Assembly (NCBI GenBank): GCA_041397345.1
Contig: JAWKWU010000008.1
Coordinates: 8,704-72,703 of the forward strand
Direction of reading: 5' to 3'
Source: Paracoccaceae bacterium
GTDB lineage: Bacteria; Pseudomonadota; Alphaproteobacteria; Rhodobacterales; Rhodobacteraceae
DNA: 64,000 nucleotides
Shown here: positions 10,672-19,466 of the stretch, piece by piece
Numbering within the stretch: the first letter of the stretch is position 1
Layout of the letters: each line of letters begins with the position of its first letter
The notes under the pieces: model-generated
What the model was told of the DNA's origin: nothing
The model's database searches: none
What the model saw: the letters and a program-made list of their open reading frames with translations, nothing else
Translations under genes and position numbers: made by a program

Positions 10672-12505
10672 TCGCCCGCGTCGCCCGAGCGGCCGGCGCC
10701 TGCGCGCGGGCGGGGCGGTGCTGTTGCTGTCGGTGCTGGCGGCGCTGGTGATCTGGGCGTCGCCGGCCGGGCTGGACGACTGGCGGGACCGGGTGTTCGA
10801 CCGGCTGATCCTTGCCTTGCCCGGCCCTGCAAAGGCCGAGACGGGGGTGGTCGTCGTCGATATCGGCGCGCTGGATGAGGCGGGGCGCCCCTGGGACCGC
10901 GCCGCCTCGGCCCGGCTGGCGGCGGCGATTGCCGGGGCGCGGCCCGCCGCCGTGGGGTGGGATATCGTCTTTGCCGGCAATTGCGGCGATGCGCCGGCCA
11001 ACCGGGCGCTGGCTGCGGCGATGGCGCAGGCGCCGACCGTGCTGGGGATGCTGTTGTCCCCCGTCTCCAGCGCGCCACCAAGGCCGCTGCCGGATCTGGC
11101 GCTGGCGGCGGGGGTGCAACCCGGTCTCTGGGCCGCCCCCGGTGCCGAGGCGCCCTGTCCTGCCCTTGCCGAGGCGGCCGGGGCGCTGGCCTCGCTGTCG
11201 TTGCCGGGGGATGCGACGGCGCGGGTCAGGGCGGTGCCGGCGGCAGTCGTGGTGGCGGGCGCGGCCTATCCGTCGCTGCCGGTTGCGGTGCTGCGGCTGG
11301 CCGGAGCGCTGCCGAACCCGCTGATCGCGCCGGGCGCGGGCGGGGGTGTCCTGCATCTGGGGGCGGCCAGCTACCCGTTGGGAGAGGCCGCCACCCTGCG
11401 GTTCCGCCCGACGCCGGCGCAGGCGCGCCGGGACCGCACGCTGGATGCGGTGGCGGTGCTGACCGGCGAGGGGGGAGAGCGGTTGCGGGGCGCGGTGGTC
11501 CTGGTCGGGTCGTCCTTGCCGCAGCGGGGGGGATTGCGGCCGACGGTGACCGATCCGCTGTATCCCTCGGTGCAGATTGCCGCGGACCTGCTGCGCGACC
11601 TGCAAGCCGGGCGGGTGCCGTGGCGGCCCGATGCCGCCGCCGGGGCCGAGGCGCTGGCGCTGGTGGCGGGCGGGGTTCTGGCGGCGGCGATGGTCGTGGC
11701 GCTGTCACCCCTGCGGGCGCTGGCAGGGGGCCTGGGGCTGGCCCTGCTGTGGTTCGGCGGGGCGGGGGTGGTTCATGCGGCGACCGGGCGGCTGATCGAT
11801 CCGGTCTTGCCGGCGCTGGCGCTGCTGGTGGCGGCGACGGCGGGTGTCCTGGGGCAGGCTGCGGCCAGCCATCGCGCGCTGCGCGCCCTGCGCGGCCGCC
11901 TGGGCCAGCTGTTGCCGGAACCGGTCGTCGCGCGGCTGGCGGATGACCCCGGCCTGCTGCGCCTTGGTGGCGAGCGGCGGCAGGTGACGGCGCTGTTCAC
12001 CGATCTGGAAGGGTTTTCCGCCCTGGCCAACAGCCTGCCGCCCGAGGTGCTGATCGAGCGGCTGGACCGCTATTTCGCGGTGGTTTCGGCGGTGATCCTG
12101 CGGCATGGCGGCATGATCGACAAGATCGTGGGCGACGCGGTCCATGCGCTGTTCAACGCGCCCCTGGACCAGCCGGACCATGTCGAGGCGGCGCTGGCGG
12201 CCGCCGCCGCGATCCAGGCCGAGACCGGAACCTTGCGCGCGGTGCTGGGGCTGGGCCGCACCCGCATCGGCATAGAGACCGGGCCGGCGATCCTGGGCGA
12301 CGTGGGGTCGGGCGCGCGGATCGACTATACCGCGCATGGGCCGGCGGTGAATCTGGCGGCGCGGCTGCAAGAGGCGGGCAAGGCGCTGGGCCCGGCGGTG
12401 ATCATCGGCCCGGCGGCGGCGGCGGCGGCCCGCAGCCCGCTGCGCCCGCTGGGGCCGGTCGACATCCGGTCTTTCGGGACGGTGGAACTGTTCACGCTGG
12501 CCTGA
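10664..12505 (+). CDS. CHASE2-domain class III adenylate cyclase
   Basis: N-terminal TM, CHASE2 (VVVVDI, PWDR, VGWDIVF), three TMs, cyclase motifs LFTDLEGFS, DKIVGDA, DYTAHGPAVNLAARLQ; start overlaps the Crp stop. Confidence 0.9.
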   Translation: MTDRPRRPSGRRLRAGGAVLLLSVLAALVIWASPAGLDDWRDRVFDRLILALPGPAKAETGVVVVDIGALDEAGRPWDRAASARLAAAIAGARPAAVGWDIVFAGNCGDAPANRALAAAMAQAPTVLGMLLSPVSSAPPRPLPDLALAAGVQPGLWAAPGAEAPCPALAEAAGALASLSLPGDATARVRAVPAAVVVAGAAYPSLPVAVLRLAGALPNPLIAPGAGGGVLHLGAASYPLGEAATLRFRPTPAQARRDRTLDAVAVLTGEGGERLRGAVVLVGSSLPQRGGLRPTVTDPLYPSVQIAADLLRDLQAGRVPWRPDAAAGAEALALVAGGVLAAAMVVALSPLRALAGGLGLALLWFGGAGVVHAATGRLIDPVLPALALLVAATAGVLGQAAASHRALRALRGRLGQLLPEPVVARLADDPGLLRLGGERRQVTALFTDLEGFSALANSLPPEVLIERLDRYFAVVSAVILRHGGMIDKIVGDAVHALFNAPLDQPDHVEAALAAAAAIQAETGTLRAVLGLGRTRIGIETGPAILGDVGSGARIDYTAHGPAVNLAARLQEAGKALGPAVIIGPAAAAAARSPLRPLGPVDIRSFGTVELFTLA

Positions 12506-12509
12506 CGCC

Positions 12510-12525
12510 TGTTACCGGGGGAACA
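12510..12525. promoter_or_regulatory. Clr-type binding box TGTT-N8-AACA
   Basis: TGTTACCGGGGGAACA, about 70 bp upstream of the cupredoxin ATG; possible extended -10 TGtCACAAC at 12544-12552. Confidence 0.7.
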
Positions 12526-12596
12526 GCGGCGGCCGGGCGGGTCTGTCACAACGGGGCATCGGCACAGGATGCCGACCCATTGGACCGGAGCCTGTC

Positions 12597-12908
12597 ATGA
12601 AGACCTTTCTCACCTCTCTTGGCCTTTCCCTGGCCCTTGCCGCGGCGCCGGCATTGGCCAAGGATCATCGCGTCGAGATCAGCGGGATGAAATTCTCGCC
12701 CGCTGCGATCACGGTGGCGCCGGGGGATACCATCACCTTTGCCAACCTCGACGGCGCGCCGCATACCGCCACGGCCAAGGACGGCTCGTTCGATACCGGG
12801 CGCCTGGCGTCGGGGCAAAGCGCGGTCGTCACGATCACCCAGAGCGGGACATTGGCCTATTTCTGCGCCGTGCATCCCGCGATGAAGGGCAAGATCGTCG
12901 CCAAGTGA
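12597..12908 (+). CDS. Periplasmic cupredoxin (amicyanin/plastocyanin-like type 1 copper protein)
   Basis: Sec signal ending ALA; ligands H (APHT) and C-x2-H-x2-M (YFCAVHPAMKG); GGAG RBS. Confidence 0.9.
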   Translation: MKTFLTSLGLSLALAAAPALAKDHRVEISGMKFSPAAITVAPGDTITFANLDGAPHTATAKDGSFDTGRLASGQSAVVTITQSGTLAYFCAVHPAMKGKIVAK

Positions 12909-12983
12909 CCTGTTGCGGTCACGGCCGGACCCCGGCGCCAGGCCCCCTCCTGGTGTCGGGGGCCGGAGCCGTTTGCGGCGCGG

Positions 12984-13772
12984 TCACAGGTCGAAACGGG
13001 CAAAGACCGGGGCGTGGTCGCTGGGCTGGTCCCAGCCGCGGGCGGCGCGCAGGACGCGGCTGCCATGGGCGGCAGTGGCGATGTCGGGCGTGGCCCAGAT
13101 GTGGTCCAGGCGGCGGCCCTTGTCCGCGGCGTCCCAGTCGGGGGCCCGATAGCTCCACCAGCTGTAGAGCTGCCCCTGGGGAATGTCCTGCCGGGTCACG
13201 TCCACCCATTTGCCGGCCTCTTGCGCGTCGGCAAGGTGTTCCACCTCGACCGGGGTGTGGCTGACGATCTTCAGCAGCGCCTTGTGGTTCCAGACATCAT
13301 CCTCGCGCGGGGCGATGTTCAGGTCTCCGACCAGGATGGATTTCTGCGGCCGGTCGGCGCGGAAGGCGTCGCGCATCTCGGTCAGGTAATCCAGTTTCTG
13401 GCCGAATTTCACGTTCTCGGCCCGGTCGGGAATGTCGCCGCCGGCGGGCACATAGCAATTGTGGATCGTCACCCCGTTTTCCAGCCGCGCCGCGACGTGG
13501 CGCGCATGGCCCAGGCTGGCGTAGTCGCGGTCGCCGGCATCCTCGATCGGCAGTTTCGACAGGATCGCCACGCCGTTGTAGCCCTTTTGCCCGCGCGCCA
13601 CCATGTAGCGATAGCCCAGCGCGGCAAAGGATTCGGTCGGGATCTTGTCGACCGGGCTCTTGCATTCCTGCAGGCACAGGATGTCGGGCGTCTCTTCGCC
13701 CATCAGGCGCAGGACCAGCGCCTCGCGCAGGCGGACCGAGTTGATGTTCCAGGTGGCAAGCGTGAAGGTCAT
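12984..13772 (-). CDS. xth: Exodeoxyribonuclease III
   Basis: ATWNINSVR, LCLQECK, GYNGVAILS, GDLNIAP, YSWWSYR, RRLDHIW, SDHAPV. Confidence 0.95.
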   Translation of the reverse strand: MTFTLATWNINSVRLREALVLRLMGEETPDILCLQECKSPVDKIPTESFAALGYRYMVARGQKGYNGVAILSKLPIEDAGDRDYASLGHARHVAARLENGVTIHNCYVPAGGDIPDRAENVKFGQKLDYLTEMRDAFRADRPQKSILVGDLNIAPREDDVWNHKALLKIVSHTPVEVEHLADAQEAGKWVDVTRQDIPQGQLYSWWSYRAPDWDAADKGRRLDHIWATPDIATAAHGSRVLRAARGWDQPSDHAPVFARFDL

Positions 13773-13920
13773 GGGGCGCGGCTTTCCTGCATGGGGCAAG
13801 GTCTGGTCCGGGGCCGGGCCTGTGGCCGCCGGACCTGTGATCTGCGGGTTATGGCCAGGGCGGGGCGGCAAGGTCAACGCCCCTTTGCCCTGCGGCACGG
13901 ATCGGGCGGGGGGGACCGGC

Positions 13921-13985
13921 AAAGAGAAGCCCGGAGCAAGATGCGCCGGGCCAAGGTCCAACAGGGAGGTAGGGATTCCATATCA
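13921..13985 (-). ncRNA. Second SorX/SuhB-like sRNA copy (short)
   Basis: CCTCCCTGTTGGAC (14 nt identical to the copy at 15367-15380) followed by hairpin GCCCGG...CCGGGC and TTCTCTTT. Confidence 0.5.
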
Positions 13986-14114
13986 TGAATTTGCATCACC
14001 GGATATGCGGGCAAATGGAATCTGGCCTGCCATGGCTTTTCGGTCACAACCGGGGATTGACGAATGTCCGGCGGGCGGGGTTGACGGCCAGTCGCCGGTG
14101 GTGAAAGTGGCGGC

Positions 14115-15335
14115 ATGACCGGGCAGGGCCTTTGGCGTAACCGCAACTTTCGGCTGTTGTTTTCCGCCTCATCCGCCACGAACCTGGGCGATGGGCTGGT
14201 GGCGGTTGCGGTGCCCTGGCTGGCCACGCTGCTGACCCGCGACCCGGTGCTGATCGGCCTGGTCGCTGCCGCCCGGCAGGCGCCCTGGGCCCTGATGTCG
14301 CTGCCGGCCGGTGTGCTGGCCGACCGGCATGACCACCGGCTGATCCTGATCGCGGCCGATGCCGCCCGCATCGCGGCGGCGCTGGCGCTGGTGGCGCTGG
14401 CGGTGATGGCGCCGCCCGGCACGGCCGCCGCGCTGGTGCTGGCCGCGCTGGCCTTTCTGATGGGCGCGGCCGAGGTGCTGCACGACAATACCGCGCAGAG
14501 CTTTTTGCCCGCCATCGTGCCGAAGGACCGGCTGGAGCAGGGCAACGGCACATTGTGGAGCGCGGAACAGGTGCTGAACCAGTTCGCCGGGCCGCCCCTG
14601 GCCGGGATCCTGATCGGCACGGCCGTGGCGCTGCCCTTCGGGTTGCAGGCGGCGATGCTGGCGGGGGCCATCGCCCTGGTCTCGGCGCTGCGCCTGCCCC
14701 CGGCCGAGAAAGGCCCGCCGCAACGCATGGGACCGGCGATCCGCGAGGGGCTGGCCTTTCTGTGGCATCATCCGGCGCTGCGCCGCATGGCGCTGGCGCT
14801 GGGGGCGTTCAACTTTACCGCCTCGATCTTCTGGGCGCTGGTGGTGCTGTATTCCCAGGTGGTGCTGGGCCTGTCGGCCGCCGGCTATGGGGGGATGATG
14901 GCCCTTGTCGCCGTCGGGGGGCTGGCGGGCAGCCTGACTGGCCCGTGGCTGCTGCGGCGCACGGGGCAAAAGGCGGGGCTGCTGATCGGGGTGACAGGAT
15001 TTCTGGGCGCCGCGCTGGTGCTGGCCACCACCCGCAGCGCGCCCGCCACCGCGGCGGCGCTGGCGGCCGAGGCCTATACCGCGATGCTGTGGAACATCGT
15101 CACCGTCAGCTATCGCCAGCGCCATATTCCGGCGCCACTCCTGGGCCGGGTCAATTCGGTCTACCGGTTCATCGGAACCGGGCCTTCGGCCCTGGGCTCG
15201 CTGACCGGGGGGGCCATCGTCGCGCTGGGCGCGTCGCTTGGCCCGGTCGAGGCGATGCAGCTGCCCTATCTGGTCTGCGTCGCCGGCGCGGCGCTGATCC
15301 TGGGCTATGTCGCGCTGGCCCTGCGGCTGGACTGA
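14115..15335 (+). CDS. MFS transporter (DHA3/EntS-like)
   Basis: WRNRNFRLLF, GVLADRHDHR motif A, about 12 hydrophobic segments, RQRHIPAPLLGRVNS. Confidence 0.9.
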   Translation: MTGQGLWRNRNFRLLFSASSATNLGDGLVAVAVPWLATLLTRDPVLIGLVAAARQAPWALMSLPAGVLADRHDHRLILIAADAARIAAALALVALAVMAPPGTAAALVLAALAFLMGAAEVLHDNTAQSFLPAIVPKDRLEQGNGTLWSAEQVLNQFAGPPLAGILIGTAVALPFGLQAAMLAGAIALVSALRLPPAEKGPPQRMGPAIREGLAFLWHHPALRRMALALGAFNFTASIFWALVVLYSQVVLGLSAAGYGGMMALVAVGGLAGSLTGPWLLRRTGQKAGLLIGVTGFLGAALVLATTRSAPATAAALAAEAYTAMLWNIVTVSYRQRHIPAPLLGRVNSVYRFIGTGPSALGSLTGGAIVALGASLGPVEAMQLPYLVCVAGAALILGYVALALRLD

Positions 15336-15337
15336 GC

Positions 15338-15430
15338 AAAAAAAGGCCGGGCACAAGGCCCGGCCAGTCCAACAGGGAGGATGCCGTGTCATGACCCCGG
15401 CACGGCAAGGGGATTCACATAAGGGACCAC
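15338..15430 (-). ncRNA. SorX-like 3'UTR-derived sRNA downstream of the CenR-like regulator
   Basis: Stem TGCCGTG..CACGGCA, anti-SD CCTCCC seed, terminator GGCCGGGC-CTTGT-GCCCGGCC-T7; same position as SorX behind RSP_0847 in R. sphaeroides (recalled). Confidence 0.7.
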
Positions 15431-15497
15431 GAAAGACTACGCGCCTTGCATATCCGATAGTCGTTAATAGCGCGTGAATCCGGCAAGATTCTGGCTG

Positions 15498-16184
15498 TTA
15501 CGCGACCAATCTGTAGCCGCCGCTTTCGGTGACCAGCAGCCGCGCCGACGAGGGATCGGGCTCGATCTTCTGGCGCAGGCGGTAGATGTGGGTTTCCAGC
15601 GTATGCGTGGTCACGCCGGCGTTATAGCCCCAGACCTCGTGCAGCAGCACGTCCCGCGCCACCACGCCGGATTGCGCGCGGTAAAGGAATTTCAGGATGT
15701 TGGTCTCTTTCTCGGTCAGGCGGATCTTCTTTTCCTTTTCGTCGACCAGCAGTTTCTGCGCCGGCTTGAAGGTATAGGGGCCAAGCTGGAAGATGGCGTC
15801 TTCCGACTGTTCGTGCGTGCGCAGCTGCGCGCGGATCCGGGCCAGCAGGACCGGGAACTTGAACGGTTTGGTGATATAGTCGTTGGCGCCGGCGTCGAGG
15901 CCCAGGATGGTGTCGGCATCGGTGTCGTGGCCGGTCAGCATCAGGATCGGGCATTTCACGCCGCCCTTGCGCATGCGGCGGCACAGCTCGCGCCCGTCGG
16001 TGTCGGGCAGGCCGACGTCCAGCATGACCAGGTCATAGATCGCGGCCTTGGCCTTTTCCATGCCTTCGGCGCCGGTCCGGGCCTCGAACACGTCGAAATC
16101 CTCGGTCATCACCAGTTGCTCGGACAGCGCCTCGCGCAGGTCGTCGTCGTCGTCCACCAGCAGGATCTTGCGAAGTTGAGCCAT
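15498..16184 (-). CDS. cenR: OmpR-family response regulator, probable CenR orthologue
   Basis: ILLVDDDD, LDVGLPD, GANDYITKPF, THTLETHIYRLRQKIE; no adjacent kinase; between ribA and xth as for R. sphaeroides RSP_0847. Confidence 0.8.
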   Translation of the reverse strand: MAQLRKILLVDDDDDLREALSEQLVMTEDFDVFEARTGAEGMEKAKAAIYDLVMLDVGLPDTDGRELCRRMRKGGVKCPILMLTGHDTDADTILGLDAGANDYITKPFKFPVLLARIRAQLRTHEQSEDAIFQLGPYTFKPAQKLLVDEKEKKIRLTEKETNILKFLYRAQSGVVARDVLLHEVWGYNAGVTTHTLETHIYRLRQKIEPDPSSARLLVTESGGYRLVA

Positions 16185-16383
16185 CTGCGGCCTCCGTTTG
16201 CGTCTTGGGCATGAGATGCGCCCGGATCGCGAACCCGGCAAGATATGCGACAGAAGACTCACGCCGTCGTGTCGGCTGGGCGGCGAATGTTTCAAAGCTG
16301 TCATCCGGGCGGGGGCTAAGGGGGCCCACCGGGGCCGCGCATGCAGGCTTCCGGTTCCGGCAATTGCAGCCTAGATAGGGGGA

Positions 16384-17472
16384 ATGAGCCTGGGCCCCAC
16401 CATCACCGAACGGCTGAACCGCGCGCGGAGCGATCTGCGCATGGGCGTTCCCGTGGTGCTGGCCGGCGACGGAGAGGCGGCGCTGGCAGTCGCGGTCGAG
16501 GCGCTGGATGCCGCCCGGTTGAGGGCGCTGCGCGACCTGGGCGCGCCCGAACTGGCGTTGACCGCGCGGCGTGCCGAGACGCTGAAGGCGCGCGCCTATG
16601 ACGGCGATCTGGCCCGGATCGCGGTGCCGGCGGATGCGGACATGGCCTGGCTGTCGGCGCTGGCCGATCCGGCAGACGATTTGCGGGTGCCGATGAAGGG
16701 GCCGCTGCGGTCGCTGCGCGACGGTGGGGCCGGCCTGCACCGCGCCGCGCTGGCACTGGCGAAATCGGCGCGGCTCCTGCCCGCCGCGCTGCTGGTGCGC
16801 ATCGCCCAGCCGCTGGTCCTGGCAGGCGAACATGGGCTGACGTTCCTGCGGCTGGATGAGGTGGGGCCGGAACTGTTGCGCCTGCCGCCGGTGGACGAGG
16901 TGGTGGCCGCCCGGCTGCCGATGGCCGCCGCCGGCGCGGGGCGGGTGCATATCTTCCGCCCCGAGGATGGCGGCGACGAACATTACGCCATCGAGGTCGG
17001 CCAGCCGGATCGACGCGCTCCGGTTCTGGTCCGGCTGCATTCGGCCTGTTTTACCGGCGATGTGCTGGGCAGCCTGAAATGCGATTGCGGCCCGCAACTG
17101 CGCGCTGCGCTAAAGCAGATGGGAGAGGCCGGCGGCGGTGTCCTGCTGTATCTCAACCAGGAAGGGCGCGGCATCGGCCTGGCCAACAAGATGCGTGCCT
17201 ATTCGTTGCAGGATCAGGGCTTTGACACGGTCGAGGCCAACCACCGGCTGGGGTTCGAGGACGACGAACGCGATTTCCGCATCGGCGCGCAGCTGTTGGC
17301 AAAGCTGGGCATCCGGCAGGTGCGGCTGTTGACCAACAATCCGCGCAAGGTCGACATGCTTGCCTCCTGCGGCGTGCAGGTGGCCGAGCGGGTGCCGCTG
17401 AAGGTGGGCCACACCGCCGAGAACGCCGCCTATCTGGCGACCAAGGCCGCCAAGTCGGGGCATCTGCTGTAA
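16384..17472 (+). CDS. ribA: GTP cyclohydrolase II (with degenerate N-terminal RibB-like domain)
   Basis: VRLHSACFTGDVLGSLKCDCGPQL, QEGRGIGL.NK, LLTNNPRK, YLATK..KSGH. Confidence 0.93.
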   Translation: MSLGPTITERLNRARSDLRMGVPVVLAGDGEAALAVAVEALDAARLRALRDLGAPELALTARRAETLKARAYDGDLARIAVPADADMAWLSALADPADDLRVPMKGPLRSLRDGGAGLHRAALALAKSARLLPAALLVRIAQPLVLAGEHGLTFLRLDEVGPELLRLPPVDEVVAARLPMAAAGAGRVHIFRPEDGGDEHYAIEVGQPDRRAPVLVRLHSACFTGDVLGSLKCDCGPQLRAALKQMGEAGGGVLLYLNQEGRGIGLANKMRAYSLQDQGFDTVEANHRLGFEDDERDFRIGAQLLAKLGIRQVRLLTNNPRKVDMLASCGVQVAERVPLKVGHTAENAAYLATKAAKSGHLL

Positions 17473-17520
17473 ACCACCACGCCGTATCGCTGCCGAAGCG
17501 CCCCAGCGTGCGAGTCTATT

Positions 17521-17536
17521 TTCAAACCGCTTTGGA
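17521..17536. promoter_or_regulatory. Putative LacI-family operator overlapping the GH13 promoter
   Basis: TTCAAACCGCTTTGGA near-palindrome with central CG; CATAAT -10-like at 17540-17545. Confidence 0.5.
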
Positions 17537-17568
17537 TGGCATAATCTGGCCCAAAGCAGGGGGGTGTC

Positions 17569-19443
17569 ATGGCCGGGCGCGTATCCGACGACGGGGATGA
17601 GATATTCGAGTTGCGGCTGGGGCGGTCGGCGCCGGACCTGTGGCCGATGCTCGACGAGCTTTACGGAGCGCGTTCCGACTATGCCGCGTTTCGTGCCGCG
17701 CTGTTGCGGGCGCTGCGCAAGGGGTGGGCCGACCGCCCCGCGGCGCTGAGGAAGCTGGACCTGATCCGCGACCTAGAGCCCGACTGGTTCCAGCGCCCCG
17801 GCATGGCGGGTTATGTGTTCTACATCGACCGTTTCGCCGGAACCTTGCGTGGCATCCTAGGAAAACTCGATTATCTTCAGGATCTTGGCATTTCCTATGT
17901 CCATCTGATGCCCTGCCTGAAACCGCGCCGCGGCGACAGCGATGGCGGCTATTCGGTGATGGACTACCGCGCCATCAACCCCGCCTATGGCGCCATGGAG
18001 GACTTTGAGGCGGTCGCCACCGCCCTGCGGGAACGGGGCATCTCGCTCTGCGTGGATCTGGTGCTGAACCACACCGCAAAGGAACATGCCTGGGCGAAAA
18101 AGGCGGCCAGGGGGGACGCGAAGCATCAGGACTATTACCTGATGTTTGACAGCGAGGAGATGCCAAAGCGGTTTGAAGAAACCCTGGTCGAGGTCTTTCC
18201 CGACAATGCGCCGGGCAATTTCACCCATTACCCGGAGATCGGCAAATGGGTCTGGACCACGTTCAACGAACACCAGTGGGATCTGAACTGGTCCAATCCG
18301 CAGGTGTTCCTGGAAATCGTCGGGGTCATGCTGCACCTTGCCAACAAGGGCGTCGACGTGCTGCGGCTGGATGCCGTGGCCTTCATGTGGAAGCGCCTTG
18401 GCACCCGCTGCCAGTCGGAACCCGAGGTGCATATGCTGTTGCAGGCCCTGCGCGCCTGTTGCCGCATCGCCTGTCCGGCGGTGATCCACCTGGAAGAGGC
18501 CATCGTCGCGCCCGCCGAGATGCTGCCCTATCTGGGACGCGGGCGGCATGACGGGCGCGAGGGCAACCTGGCCTATCACAACAGCCTGATGGTGCAGTTC
18601 TGGTCGGCGCTGGCCACCCGCGACACCCGGCTGATGACCCATGTGCTGCACAGCCATTTCCCCGAACGGCTGACCAATGCCACCTATGCCACCTACATCC
18701 GCTGCCATGACGACATCGGCTGGGCGGTGACGGACGAGGACGCGGCGTCCATGGGCCTGTCGGGCCAGTCGCACCGCGCATTCCTGTCGGATTTCTACGA
18801 CGGCAGCTTTCCCGGCAGTTTTGCCCGCGGGGCGCTGTTTCAGGTGAACCCGGCGACCGGGGACAAGCGGATTTCCGGTTCCCTTGCGTCGCTGGCCGGG
18901 CTGGAATCGGAAGACGAGGGCCAGCGCGACCTGGCCGTGCAGCGCATCCTGATGGGCCATGCGCTGATCGCGGCCTTTGGCGGCATCCCCCTGATCTACA
19001 TGGGCGATGAACTGGCGTTGCTGAACGACCATTCGTTCAGGACCCGGCCGGACCACGCCCATGACAGCCGCTGGATCCATCGCCCGATGATGGATTGGGC
19101 GCTGGCGGACGGCGTTCAGACATCGGACGGCGCCGCCGCGCAGGTCTATCGCGGCACGCGGCATATCCTGGCCCGCCGCCGCGCCACGCCGGAACTGCAC
19201 GCCGCGCATCCGACGGAGATCCTGCGGGCTGGGGCGCCCGGCCTCTTTGCGTTCCGCCGGGCGGCGCCCACCGGCGCTGTGCTGGGCCTGTTCAATTTCA
19301 CCGAAACCTGGCTGCACCTGCCGCAAGACTGGGCGCGGGCCGAAGGCGCGGCGCGGATGCACGATCTGTTGTCCGATGGCCGGGTCGAGGCGCATCACGG
19401 CAACATCGCCCTGCCGCCCTATGCCCGCGTCTGGCTGGCCTGA
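17569..19443 (+). CDS. GH13 amylosucrase/sucrose hydrolase-like enzyme
   Basis: DGGYSV, DLVLNH, QWDLN, RLDAVAF nucleophile, EAIV acid/base, RCHDDIGW. Confidence 0.9.
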   Translation: MAGRVSDDGDEIFELRLGRSAPDLWPMLDELYGARSDYAAFRAALLRALRKGWADRPAALRKLDLIRDLEPDWFQRPGMAGYVFYIDRFAGTLRGILGKLDYLQDLGISYVHLMPCLKPRRGDSDGGYSVMDYRAINPAYGAMEDFEAVATALRERGISLCVDLVLNHTAKEHAWAKKAARGDAKHQDYYLMFDSEEMPKRFEETLVEVFPDNAPGNFTHYPEIGKWVWTTFNEHQWDLNWSNPQVFLEIVGVMLHLANKGVDVLRLDAVAFMWKRLGTRCQSEPEVHMLLQALRACCRIACPAVIHLEEAIVAPAEMLPYLGRGRHDGREGNLAYHNSLMVQFWSALATRDTRLMTHVLHSHFPERLTNATYATYIRCHDDIGWAVTDEDAASMGLSGQSHRAFLSDFYDGSFPGSFARGALFQVNPATGDKRISGSLASLAGLESEDEGQRDLAVQRILMGHALIAAFGGIPLIYMGDELALLNDHSFRTRPDHAHDSRWIHRPMMDWALADGVQTSDGAAAQVYRGTRHILARRRATPELHAAHPTEILRAGAPGLFAFRRAAPTGAVLGLFNFTETWLHLPQDWARAEGAARMHDLLSDGRVEAHHGNIALPPYARVWLA

Positions 19444-19466
19444 CGGGCCGCAGCCTGCACTGCCCG

